A stretch of DNA of 64,000 nucleotides from positions 1 through 64,000 of the forward strand of contig NIVC01001124.1 in assembly GCA_002269645.1 (NCBI GenBank). The letters are read 5' to 3'. Every line of letters starts with the position of its first letter. Within the stretch, counting starts at the first letter, position 1. A model generated the notes under the pieces. It saw nothing but the letters and a program-made list of their open reading frames with translations. It searched no databases and was not told the origin of the DNA. This stretch comes from Macrostomum lignano. Lineage: Eukaryota. Below, piece after piece: positions 51,478-62,333 of this stretch. The translations under genes were made by a program, and so were the position numbers.

Positions 51478-52232
51478 TAAAAAAGTCCGTACCCCCTCCC
51501 CCCAGCTTGGTCCGGGGCGCCAGCATCAGTCAAAAGCCGGTCAGGAAGTCTCGCCGTTCGCCCGTGGCCTCGCCTGCGCGGTCCCTGCAGCTTGAGCAGC
51601 AGCCTTCGTGTAGCAGCTCGGGGCCGGCCTCCGACCAGATGACGTGGCCAGCCAGTCGAAGTCGTCGACCGCGCAGCCCAGCCAGAACGCCGCATCAGGT
51701 GGGCCCTTGCGTAGAGCGCTGCATTATATTAGTCTCGCTGCCTGGACCGCTGCGCACTCCGAACACCGCACGCAGCATGGCCGGATGCGCAGCGTTCAAG
51801 CTGCTTCTCCAAGGCGTCCGTGTCAGGGTCCAGGTCTCGACCGTTGTACAACAAGATAGTCTCAACGTCTACCTGAAACCCCTGAGCCCATCATCCAGGG
51901 CCTCAGAATGGAGCACGGAGCGCACAGAACGAAACGCGGTCCAGGCCAGTCCTCGTCGTCTCACTAAGGTCGTCGGCAACGTCTGGCACGAGGCCGCCAA
52001 GGTACAGGAACCGCTGGCTAAGCATGATTGCATCCCCGGCGGCGTAATTGATCCCGGCAGGCAGGTCGGAGGGTGAAGACTACCGTCTTCCGCGCGTTCT
52101 GGGAGGAGGGGCTTGTACCACCAGCACCGGCAGGGAGGAAGAGCACTGGAGGCGATCGAGGAGATGGGGCAGCTTGAGGCCGACTCGCGATGCTCGCGAT
52201 GTCAGGCCATCCAGCAGCCGCTAAGCGCCTTC
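51478..52232 (-). mobile_element. 3' fragment of a related RTE-like LINE in inverted orientation
   Basis: The minus strand encodes QRFLYLGGLVPDVADDL, RRRGLAWTAF and ETILLYN.ETWTLT, homologous to the 3' part of the adjacent plus-strand LINE; heavily frameshifted. Confidence 0.75.
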
Positions 52233-52524
52233 AGACTTCAAATCAGAAATCAGACTTCAGTATACTTATATTTTACCAGTGGCTTTCGCGATGCTTTTAG
52301 TGGGCATGCTTTTTACAAGTCTCATCATTATTTATAAACAATACGCACGAATTTTCTGCACCTTAAGCCCTCGATAGTATATATATTGGCCAACTTCGAA
52401 GATGCACTGTGATTCAGTCTGTATATTTAATTATAAATCGAAACATGCCCTGCACACATAAAACAATCGCCCTTCTGTACACATACACGCAGATTAAGAC
52501 TCGACTGGATTATATCATGCACAC

Positions 52525-52890
52525 GGGGGGGGCCGTAGCCCAGCGGTCTAGCGCAGGCTCTGGTGTGCCAGCGACCCAGGCTCGATTCCAAGTGCAGTCA
52601 CATTAATTTGGGGCTGAATTGGAATCTCGGCTTGGCTCTGCTCGTGTAATTAACGGCCTTGAGAGCCAACCCCCCAAGGCGCAGTGAAGTGTACATGCCT
52701 AACGATAATATAAAGTTAGGGCCGCTGTACACCTGTGTGAGTGTGTGCCTGCGTACGTATCCGCGCGCTTGTATGCCTGTTCAGAGGAGTCGGCGGAATG
52801 GGCAGTAATGCCTCTCGCCGGTTGTGTGCCTATGTCGCTTAAAGTGCGCCAGGGTGCACACAACCCCCCTGCCTCTAATAATAAATAATG
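52525..52890 (+). mobile_element. tRNA-derived SINE, copy 2
   Basis: A/B boxes, (AAT)-rich tail, exact 10-bp TSD tcatgcacac (52515-24 / 52891-900); nearly identical to 33479-33838. Confidence 0.88.
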
Positions 52891-53265
52891 TCATGCACAC
52901 ATGCAGATGACGAAAGATTCCTGAACGAGTACAAGTAGGAGTACTATAAGTAGTATATTTTATGCTGGAAAAGTATTAAATATCAATATATAACACCGAT
53001 TAATAACTCAAAGTATTTTTGTTAGTGCTTTTGCAAAAAGTAAACTGTAACTTCATTTTAACAAAAAAAATTTACCGAATATAAATGGGCAAATAAATAT
53101 TCCAGTTTGTAATCCAAATACGGGAAAACAAAAAATTGATAGAAATCAAACGACTCATAAAAATATAAAAAATCAGGAATAAAAGATTATAATAGTTACT
53201 CCAGGGTGTAGTACTGTATAAATAGGTGTACAAAGTCCCAGCCAACATTTATGAAATTGCGTCAC

Positions 53266-54554
53266 TCAAATATGCCGCACAAAATCGCAGCTATAATGAT
53301 GCAGCACAAAGTCCAGCTGGTAGCGCACAGGCTCCAGCCCGGCTGCTGCATCGCACAGACCTTCGTCCAGCGACGACTGTCCGCCGTCCTCCGACATCCG
53401 CCGCAGCACCGGCCGCAGTCTGGTTCGCTGAATGCACCGGCCAGACCGGGCCAAGTTGATCAGTTCCGGGTCGTATCCGTATTTCCAATAAGATTCGTTT
53501 AGCGCCACGGGATCTGTGCACAGGCAGCGCTTGTGCACAATAAACGGCGGCTCCATTGTCACGCTGTCGTCGATCTCCGGCTCGCTGACAGTGGGACAGA
53601 GGCTGGTGCCCTCAATCTGATGATTGTCAAGCATCTGGCTAAACGAATGCGTGCCATCCAGGCTGCTGCACTTTATTGGCAAATCTGGCCAGTCCAGCGT
53701 GTTCAGGTTGGTTTTCCATGTCTTGCTGACGTTCAAGTACGTTCGAATCCTATCAGCCAATTGGCTGGCGTTGGCTTTGCTGAAGCAGAGAACGATGCTG
53801 CTGTCCTGCGGCAGCTGCAGGCCTGACAGAGCCAATGGCAGGGCCATGGCGGCAGACCAGCAGCAGCAGGAGAAGAAGACAGCAAGCAGGACAGTTGGGG
53901 CAAGCGGGCTGAGTTTAGTAGTGCCTACTGTGGTGGGTGGGAGGAAAGTGCGTTAATTATAATTCCGTCAGCAAACCAGGGGTGTCCCAAATCTGCAGTT
54001 GCTACGGACGCCAAAACCTATAGTTACTATAGGGATGCCCAAATCTGCAGTTTCTAGGGACGCCAAAACCTACAGTTATCATAGGGGCGCCCAAATCTGC
54101 AGTTGCTATGGATCGCCATAGTTACTATAGGGGCGCCCAAATCTTCAGTTGATAGGGGCGCCCAAATCTTCAGTTGATAGGGGCGCCCAAATCTTCAGTT
54201 GATAGGGGCGCCCAAATCTTCAGTTGATAGGGGCGCCCAAATCTGCAGTTGATAGGGGCGCCCAAATCTGCAGTTGATAGGGGTGCCCAAATCTTCAGTT
54301 GATAGGGGCGCCCAAATCTGCAGTTGATAGGGGCGCCCAAATCTGCAGTTGATAGGGGCGCCCAAATCTGCAGTTGATAGGGGCGCCCAAATCTGCAGTT
54401 GATAGGGGCGCCCAAATCTGCAGTTGATAGGGGCGCCCAAATCTGCAGTTGATAGGGGCGCCCAAATCTTCAGTTGATAGGGGCGCCAAAATATATAATG
54501 CTTAGGGCGGCAAAATTTATTTTAAAAAAATTAACAAAACTCACCTGTTTTCAT
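53266..54554 (-). CDS. Secreted IL-17-like cystine-knot protein, 2 exons: 54554-54545 and 53927-53266 (~223 aa)
   Basis: ATGAAAACAG|gtgagt ... ccacag|TAGGC joins in frame to give MKTVGTTKLSPLAPTVLLAVFFSCCCWSAAMA, a hydrophobic signal peptide. The C-terminal domain TSLCP...PPFIVHKRCLC...GRC...PVLRR...C...YQL...YSC resembles the IL-17 signature. Assignment is by motif recognition only. Confidence 0.65.
53978..54490. repeat. 25-bp minisatellite (gataggggcgcccaaatctgcagtt) in the intron of the IL-17-like gene
   Basis: About 15 homogeneous copies plus degenerate copies at the left end. Confidence 0.95.
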
Positions 54555-55548
54555 ATTGACCGATTCGTGCAGTTCGAATAGAGAGTTATTCCAAGAAATA
54601 ATTATCCGTTAGTGTAGCTAGACGACAGGACTATAGTGAAGGATATTGAGTTCCACACAGCCAGAACCTGTCCTCAATATATAGTCATTTTCAAGAGTAA
54701 TTAACCACGCGTTATAATTCCATTCGTGAGTCAACTTTCGTTTTTTTCATTGGACTTTGCAACGAGAATTAGTTAGAGCTAATTTTAAAGCAAAGTAAGA
54801 CAGCTTCTAAATTTATTTGCTGGGTTTGGAAATGCACCCAAGGTATCAGTGGACTCTGGACAATGAGCAACCCTATATAACCCTTTATCATCTGATACGC
54901 TTGGATCATTTCGGTTGGATGATGAAATAACAAGGCTGGTGATAAATTGCTAACGAGAGAGTCTTGCCTTAAAACAGTGACTAATTCCGACTTTTTAGCA
55001 AAGATAGATAAACAAATAAAAAAATGATACGAACTGACTATTTAAGCTACCTGGTTTTTTAGATGCAATCTGTGAGCCTAAAATTTATATTATTAGATAA
55101 AGACTGCACGTGCTGCTTCACGGTGCAGGTCAGAATGATTGCTACGCGTGTGGTCCCCCCCGGCCCCTAGCCGATATTCCATTTGCTGTGTCCAGATGCC
55201 ATGATGTTGTACGCCCACACGGGTTTAAAAAGTCGCTATACGGGTGGTCCTCTTAACATGCGTGCGTAGCGCCTTTAACATAGCGACAAAAAATACTTGA
55301 AAACATTGCATAGCTGCACATGTGTTGAGCTGTATGTTGCTAATCTAAATTTATCAATTAATTTAGCTCGAACAAAAGTATAGAGGCTCCGGGCGGATGT
55401 GCTGTTCAGCTCCAGAGCCTGAGTCGGTGCGCACTAGATGCACGACCGGGTTACATCATTGCCACTTTGAGGCTATTATATGTCATGTATAGTAAAATCG
55501 CCTAGGCGAATCTAATAACCCCCCCCCCCCATTATCGACGTAGTACAA

Positions 55549-55739
55549 ACGGGGTCGTTTTACAAACCCGGAATTTCGGGTTTGTGAGATTTCGGGTTTG
55601 TGTATTTTTCGGCATTGTGAAAGAAACGGCATTTTGAGTTTTCGGTGTTATGAAATTTCGGTTTGGTGAAATTTCGGGTCTATAAAGTTCCCTGTTTTGT
55701 TGAAATTGTGAAATTTCGGGTTTTATGAAAGCGCCCCGT
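55549..55739. mobile_element. Foldback/MITE-like element with subterminal aaatttcggg repeats
   Basis: The ends acggggtcgttttacaaacccggaattt / aaatttcgggttttatgaaagcgccccgt are imperfect inverted repeats; no clear TSD. Confidence 0.6.
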
Positions 55740-55941
55740 AGAAAACAAAAGACAATTGAAGTTTTATGATGGGTTTCGGCCTTTTCGGCTCCTTTGGGGA
55801 AGCCTTCGGGCCTCAGATCTGTTTTGTCTGTTTTGCAAAGCCACTCTCTCGTTCCCTGAAGTTCCGCTTTTGTCTATGTCCTATCTCTCTGCAGGCATTC
55901 TAGAGCATAGAATACCGCTCCCTTTTTTTGTTTCCCCCAAA

Positions 55942-56665
55942 CATCGAGGGGACGTTCGCTAAACTAAAGAACGCCAAGCAGTTTGCCAGCATTGACCTGC
56001 GATCAGCTTATTGGCAGATTGAGTTAGATGAGGCGGCTCGTGATCTGTCCGTGATAAATACCTCACGTGGTCTGTACAGGGTGAATCGATTGCAAATGGG
56101 TATGAAGAACGCCTCTTTCATTTTTCAGCCCAAAATGGAGGCCATTCTATCCGACTTGAAAGGGCTGCTGATTTACCAAGATGACATTCTTGTATTCGCT
56201 GATAACCATGACTCCTTGCAGAAGCGTCTAATGGCAGTCAAGAAACGTCTGGAGGAGAAGCTCGTTACCATCAACGAGGCTAAGTGCATTGACTACTGTG
56301 ACGAGATTTCTTTCCTTGGCTTCAAGATCTCCGCTGCTGGCATTCAACCTGATAATCGCCTCGTTGAAAAGGTTCGCCAAATCGCTACGCCCGTAAACAA
56401 GCAAGAGGTATCGCAGTTTCTGGGTGTCGTCAACTTTTTCGGCCGACTAATCCCAGATTGCACCACTAAAACACGCGCGTTAAACAACCTTCGTAAGGCT
56501 AGCACAGCGTTTGTCTGGGATTCCAGTTGCTCTGAGAAATTTGAAAATCTGAAGCCTGAGATTAGCTCCGCTCCTGTTATAAGGCCGTACAGTTTAGAGA
56601 AACCTGTCACCTTGACTACCGATGCCTCCAAAGGTGCCGTGGCTGGCGTACTCACGCAGGAAGGA
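55942..56665 (+). mobile_element. Gypsy pol fragment 1 (RT to start of RNase H)
   Basis: FASIDLRSAYWQI, YRVNRLQMG, YQDDILV, SFLGF, FLGVVNFF, TTDASKGAVAGVLTQ. Confidence 0.9.
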
Positions 56666-56685
56666 GAAACCTGTCACCTTAACTA

Positions 56686-59600
56686 CGCTCTCTCTCTCTG
56701 TCTGTCTCTCTCTCTCTCTCGACAGCCAGCACGATCGCAGCATCTAGCAATGAGCCCACGGCAAGCACGAGCACGGAGACCAACGCCGACTCGGTAGTGG
56801 ACGGCGGCGCGACGACCATCGGGGACGTGGCAGCGAGCGCCGATGCGACGATCAGCAACGACCCCTCAGCGGCTGCGGTTGCGGCTTCGGACGGCAGTCC
56901 GGCGGCAGGCGGGACCACCGAAGTCGCCTCACCTGAGAACGGCTGCACGTCGGCAGCTGACGACCTTTTTGTGACCCCGCCTCTTCCACGGGTGGGACTG
57001 CCTGCTTCACCTGCCAAACGCCGCTTACCATCGCCGGACTTTGAAGACTCCCCTGGTGGTCCGGAACGCCACAGGCCGCATCTGAATGACTCACCCAGCA
57101 CCTTTGAGCAACCTGTTTCGCTCATCATCAGCAGGGACTGCCGGAACCTGGTACTCTGACCAAAGCCTTTCGAGGGCCTCAAACTGCCGGCAATCACAGA
57201 GGTACATGAGTACTCACTGTCAGCCTTACCATCTCTACTGAGGTCTGCCGCCCTGCGGAACCGGCAATGCGCTCGGTCAACGGTGCTGGTCCTGCCGGAC
57301 GAGCTGCTCAGCACAGACCACTGGCGAGAGTCGCTCTCTGAGGCCATCGATCTACTGAGAGCGGACAGTCTGACACGTAAGATCCTTCTGGTTCCGCCCT
57401 TTGCCAGCGGTGAAGAATTGATTCAAATTCTGAGTAAGAAACTCTCACCTGTTACTCTTATTGCCTCTCCTCCTCTTAAACCAATTGTATCCTTCTCAGC
57501 GCCTGACTATACTGGCGCTGGCTTCCTGGCAGAGAACTTTAAACTAGCTGACTACTGTAGGCCTCCCAAACTGGAAGGCAACATTTTAAATCTACACCCT
57601 ACCTTCAAACTCTCCGAGTCTGAGACGAGGCTGCTAGATAGGGGACTCAATTTTATCCCAACCCAAGCCCTTGATTTGGATGAGTTGAGGAACTGCATGA
57701 CGGAATTTCATCGTAAACTTTTCTGGAAAGACTTTTTCAAAAAAAGGGGTCTCGCCAAAACCAGCCCGCCTCCCTTCACCGGGAAATCAGTGAAGGAGGT
57801 TCTCCTCAGACTTAGAAGGGATGAGTGCAACTTGTTGGTACTTGAGAACCAAAAACTGGTAGAGAATTTGACAACGGTACAGATCAAAGGCATCCTAGAG
57901 GCACCAGAGACCAGGGCGATTCAGAGGCTCAAGCGAAACAGCTCCGTCCTTATAAAAAAGGCGGACAAAGGCAACGCAGTGGTCATCATGCACCCTAGGG
58001 ACTACGAATTTGCAGCCTACAACCAACTGTTTGACACTGATGTCTATCAACAGCTGGACCAGCCATTGCAACCCGAGACTGCGGAACTTATTAGGGGGAT
58101 CTTCCTCAATTTATGTAACAGAAAGTTCATTTCTAAGAAAAAAGTGTGCATTTCTTTGTCCCGGAGAGAACTTCCGTCCCCGGCATTTCTACCTGCTCCC
58201 AAAAATTCACAAGGACCCGGCCACCTGGCTGATCCCCTTTCGGGTCCCAGCAGGCAGACCTATTGTTAGCGGATGCAGTTCTGAAGCAATTGGGGCAGAA
58301 AAGTACATAGACTTCTTTCTAAAACCGATTGCCCAAGCGCAACCCACTTTCATTAAGGACTCCTATGACTTCAAGGCACACCTTATGGATAAAAGCTGCA
58401 CGGAAGGTTCGACTCTGGCAACCTGTGATGTCCAGAGTCTGTTCTCCATGATCCCAATAGATCAGGGCATTGCAGCGATCCAGGAATTCTTTAACCGATA
58501 CCCGGATCCCATTAGACCGGATGCTGAAATAATAAAGCTACTGGAATTGTGTTTCTACAGGAATGACTTTGAATTTGACAAAATGATTTTCCTACAACTT
58601 AGAGGTACAGCCATGGGGCGCATATTTGCGCCCAGCTATGCCTGTCTCTTCATGAGCCTCTGGGAGGAAACTGCCCTGAGAACTGCTCTTTATAAGCCGA
58701 AAATTTATTTTAGATACATAGATGATATCTTCATTCACTGGGACCACCCGGCTGAAACTCTGACAGAATTTGTTCGACACCTGAATTCAATCAACCCCAA
58801 CATCAAACTCACCGTCAGCTCCTCATCAACTGAGGTCAGTTTCCTTGACATGACCATCAAGAAAGCTGAAAACCGCTTCACAACACAACTGTTTTCAAAA
58901 GAAACAGACACTCATAGATTGTTGCACCGACAGTCCTTCCATCCGTCACACACCTTCAAGGGGGTAGTAAAATCCCAAATCCTTCGGTACGCTCGTATCT
59001 GTGATGACTACAAGTCTGTCAACGGTGCTTTCAACTCTTTAAAATCGGAACTCAAACAATTAGGCTACTCGAAGATTTTTCTTAGAAACTGCAAAAAGGA
59101 TGTCCTCATACTTATGAACTGGACTGCGGGACCAACGACCAATCTGGGTCTGCTTCCCAAAGGGTTCCATCTCTGTGGGTCATCCCGCTGCAAATGCTGC
59201 ACCCACTCACCGCCTGCTCTCTCCGCCCAGGGACTGAAACCGGCTTCTGGTTTTTTAATCTCTCAGAGCATGTCCTGTGGCTCCAAGAACATCATCTATG
59301 GCATCTCCTGCAACCAGTGCCACCCTGGGAAAATCTTCTATGTAGGGATGACTAGAAGAACAATGAGAGATAGAATGAACCAACACAGGTCAAATATTAA
59401 CAGGAGAGTCGTAACTTCGGGGTCAGAGCACTTTCTCACCCCCAATCACTCGATTGCAAACTTTGTCTCCATTGCTATCGAACAAGTTCTTAATAACAAC
59501 AAAATCGAACTAAGAGAAGAAATCTGGATTAAAAAACTGGGGACTGACAAACCGCCAGGTACGAACATCAGGGTCGACAATCATCTTCTCCGACCCATCC

Positions 59601-60242
59601 CAATGGTCCTTCCTTTTCACCCATCTACGGTCTGGCTTGCCAACGAGATTGCTAAAAACTTTTATAAGCTACAAAATAAACCAGGCTCCCGCATACTGCC
59701 CGCTTTTACACGGCAACGTAACTTACAGAGCCTCCTGGCTCCCAATAAGTTTAAGTCTCAGCCAGGAAACCACTGAATCATTTTAACCAATGCGCTATTT
59801 TTACCCTATTGAAGTACAATATTTATTCACTTTGTCATTTATTTTATTTTATTCAAACTGCTTAATTGTACACTCAATATTGATTTTTATGCTCCTACCC
59901 CCAATACCGGCATTTCATCTAATCGTATAGTATCGCATATCGTATAGCACTTAGCATATAGCATACAGTACTTCGAAATAACAATTTTTTTATAACAAAT
60001 ATACTGTCGTTTAAAATTAATGGTGGAAAGCCTCTGGGGCAAGTTAGAGCTAGGCAAAACAGGGTTTTAAATGTACATCCCTCATATGTACAACTACTCA
60101 TCAATTCTATCAGACTAAGAAAAATAATACTTTAAAGACCAACTTGAATTGCATGACACACAGATTTTTTGGCCTGACGAAGAGCCCATGGGCTCGAAAC
60201 CGGTAGCCCAGATTTAATTAATTATTTTTTAAAAACGCCGTG

Positions 60243-60310
<68 letters not shown>
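56686..60310 (+). mobile_element. Penelope-like element (Neptune-type): long ORF with RT and GIY-YIG endonuclease, one internal TGA (57157-59) and one frameshift (~58140)
   Basis: PLE motifs LLDRGLNFIP, IKKADKGNAVVI, FYLLPKIHK, GRPIVS, DVQSLFSMIP, GTAMG...APSYACL and RYIDDIF. A Cys linker CGSSRCKCC precedes the GIY-YIG domain NIIYGISC..C...YVGMT..R...H...HF. The ORF stops at 59776. Both ends have (CT)n tracts; boundaries are approximate. Confidence 0.9.
60171..60208 (+). ncRNA. Minimal type I hammerhead ribozyme in the 3' region of the Penelope-like element
   Basis: ggc CUGACGA a gagccc-au-gggcuc GAAA ccgg UA gcc. The core boxes are intact, stem II is a perfect 6 bp, stem III is the palindrome accggu, and stem I is ggc/gcc. 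Cleavage is predicted after GUA (60205). Confidence 0.85.
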
Positions 60311-60369
60311 ACTCCGACCTCCGGCCGCCCACAAGTGGCCGGGTCGGGGCCGCTCTGCCGCCTGGATCG

Positions 60370-61500
60370 TCGATAGGCGGTTCCTGGCGGCCATCATCAG
60401 CCGCTACTTCGCCTCTTTGGTGGCAAGGTGCCCACGCACACCTCGGCTAGAATTGGTCGCTGGGCGCTTGCACTTATGCAGTTTGACTTCGAAATTCGAT
60501 ATGTTATTGGTCCTCAAATTCCCCATGCCGACGCACTATCCCGCATGCGTTTCACTAAAGCGTCGCCCCGCGATCTCAAAGGAAATTTCTGATACGATCC
60601 ACTGTGTGGTATTCGAAACCTCAACCATTGACTCTACGCGTATACCGGCAGAGATGGATTCTGACCCTCTTGTTCACAAGATAATTCAGCGCGTGCGCTC
60701 TGGAGACTGGTCGAAGTGCTCTCAGACGGAATCCCCATTCAAAAAAGTCGCTGATCGCCTTACCATGGAAACCGTCCTGCTATTCAAGCAGAGACGCATC
60801 TTTATTCCGCCTCGCCTACGTTTCAAGGCCTAACAACATTATACACGACACTCACTTGGGCGCGCAGGTCTCTTACAATCTACTAGCCTCATCGTGTTGG
60901 TGGCCTGGGATGCGGCTTGATGTTGAACAATTATTCGTGTGTCGATGTGCTGGATGGAATCAGCTACGACCGCGCCTGCTCAAAGAAAGAGACACTTGGC
61001 CAGCATCTACTTTTCCTATCCAGCCGATCCACATATAGATCGGGCGTATGTAAAGGACATTGGAAATATCCTAATTGTAGTCGATACGTTTTCAGGATGG
61101 ATAGAAGCGTTTCCGTCGCGTGACAGATCAGGAGATAGTGTTGTTCGGTCTCTGATTACCGTATTTTCTCGATTTGGTGTACCTTAACTACTCTTGTCGG
61201 ACAACGCACTGGGTTTACTGGTGATCCCTTATCCTCATTCCTACGCTCCAAAGGCGTTCGGAAATTGGAGTCTCCTACTTACTACCCTCAGGCGAATGGA
61301 TCGGCGGAGCGAGCAGTTCGTACTGTCAGGACAGCGTTGAGGGCATGGACCGAGCGCGTCACCCACTTGGAGTTTCTCCGCTTTTTTCAGGAAATACTTT
61401 TCCACCATCGCAATTTGTCAATGTCGCGAGGTAAATGCCCGGCGGAATTGGTCTTTGGCAGACGATTGCGCGTGCCCGTGGTCTCAACTACATATCGTGC
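60370..61500 (+). mobile_element. Gypsy pol fragment 2 (end of RNase H, integrase), degenerate
   Basis: HQPLLRLF, RIGRWALALMQFDFEIRY, HADALSR, HDTHLG...WWPGM, ILIVVDTFSGWIEAF, PYYPQANGSAERAVRT; stops and frameshifts present. Confidence 0.88.
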
Positions 61501-62074
61501 ATTTGGAGCTGGGTTTTCAGATGTTTTGACGCAAAAAACGCAAATTATACTACTATCTGAAAATGAAGTAAGTAGTATATAAAAACGCTATCCTAAGTGT
61601 GATATGTTTAAATATTCATATGTACATTAATCCATATACATTAATCCATGTACTCACAATGCACATTAATCCCCAAATTGTATCTGTACATGTATATCCC
61701 AATTCTATATGTACACAGTACATACTTCTGCATTAATCTACATGTACAGCGTCATCCCCAGACGGTCCGCGCGCACCAAGATTACATGTACAACTCGAAA
61801 CCCTACTACATGTACAGTTGCACGCAGAGGTGAGAATTACTGTACTATCTCATCTACAAATAGTTTCGTCAGGACGCGCTGAAACGTCTTGTCTATATTG
61901 ATCGTGTGTATGGTACAAGACGCCTTGTCGCGCCTGAACTGAAACGCGTGTACGGGGCCTGCAGCAGGCCTTATGGCTATAAGCCTTATGGATATGTAGT
62001 GTCTCACCTTTCGTTCAGGGGGAGACGCGGTCCACTACAAGCCACATGAACACATGAATCGTCGTTGGGCACCC

Positions 62075-62333
62075 CCGAACCTTTGTGATGACTGCGGGCA
62101 GGAACACGGTGTGGGTTCTCGCCGACAATCGGTTGCAGTTAGCTAGCACTAATCAGCTGGCGCCTCAAAACCAGCCTTCAGACGCCAATGATGAGAAGAT
62201 GCTGTTCCAACATCCAATGCAGACGAGCCGCCCGAAGACCAACAGGCCCATGCAGCTGCGACGAAGTTTGCGAGACCGTCGACCGCCCGAGAGATTTACC
62301 CCGCGCGTAGAGCATTCTCATGAGTTGCAGTGA
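62075..62333 (+). mobile_element. Probable C-terminal tail of the same Gypsy pol
   Basis: GRNTVWV...STNQL and LRRSLRDRRPPERF resemble Gypsy integrase C-termini; separated from fragment 2 by unrelated AT-rich sequence. Confidence 0.5.
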
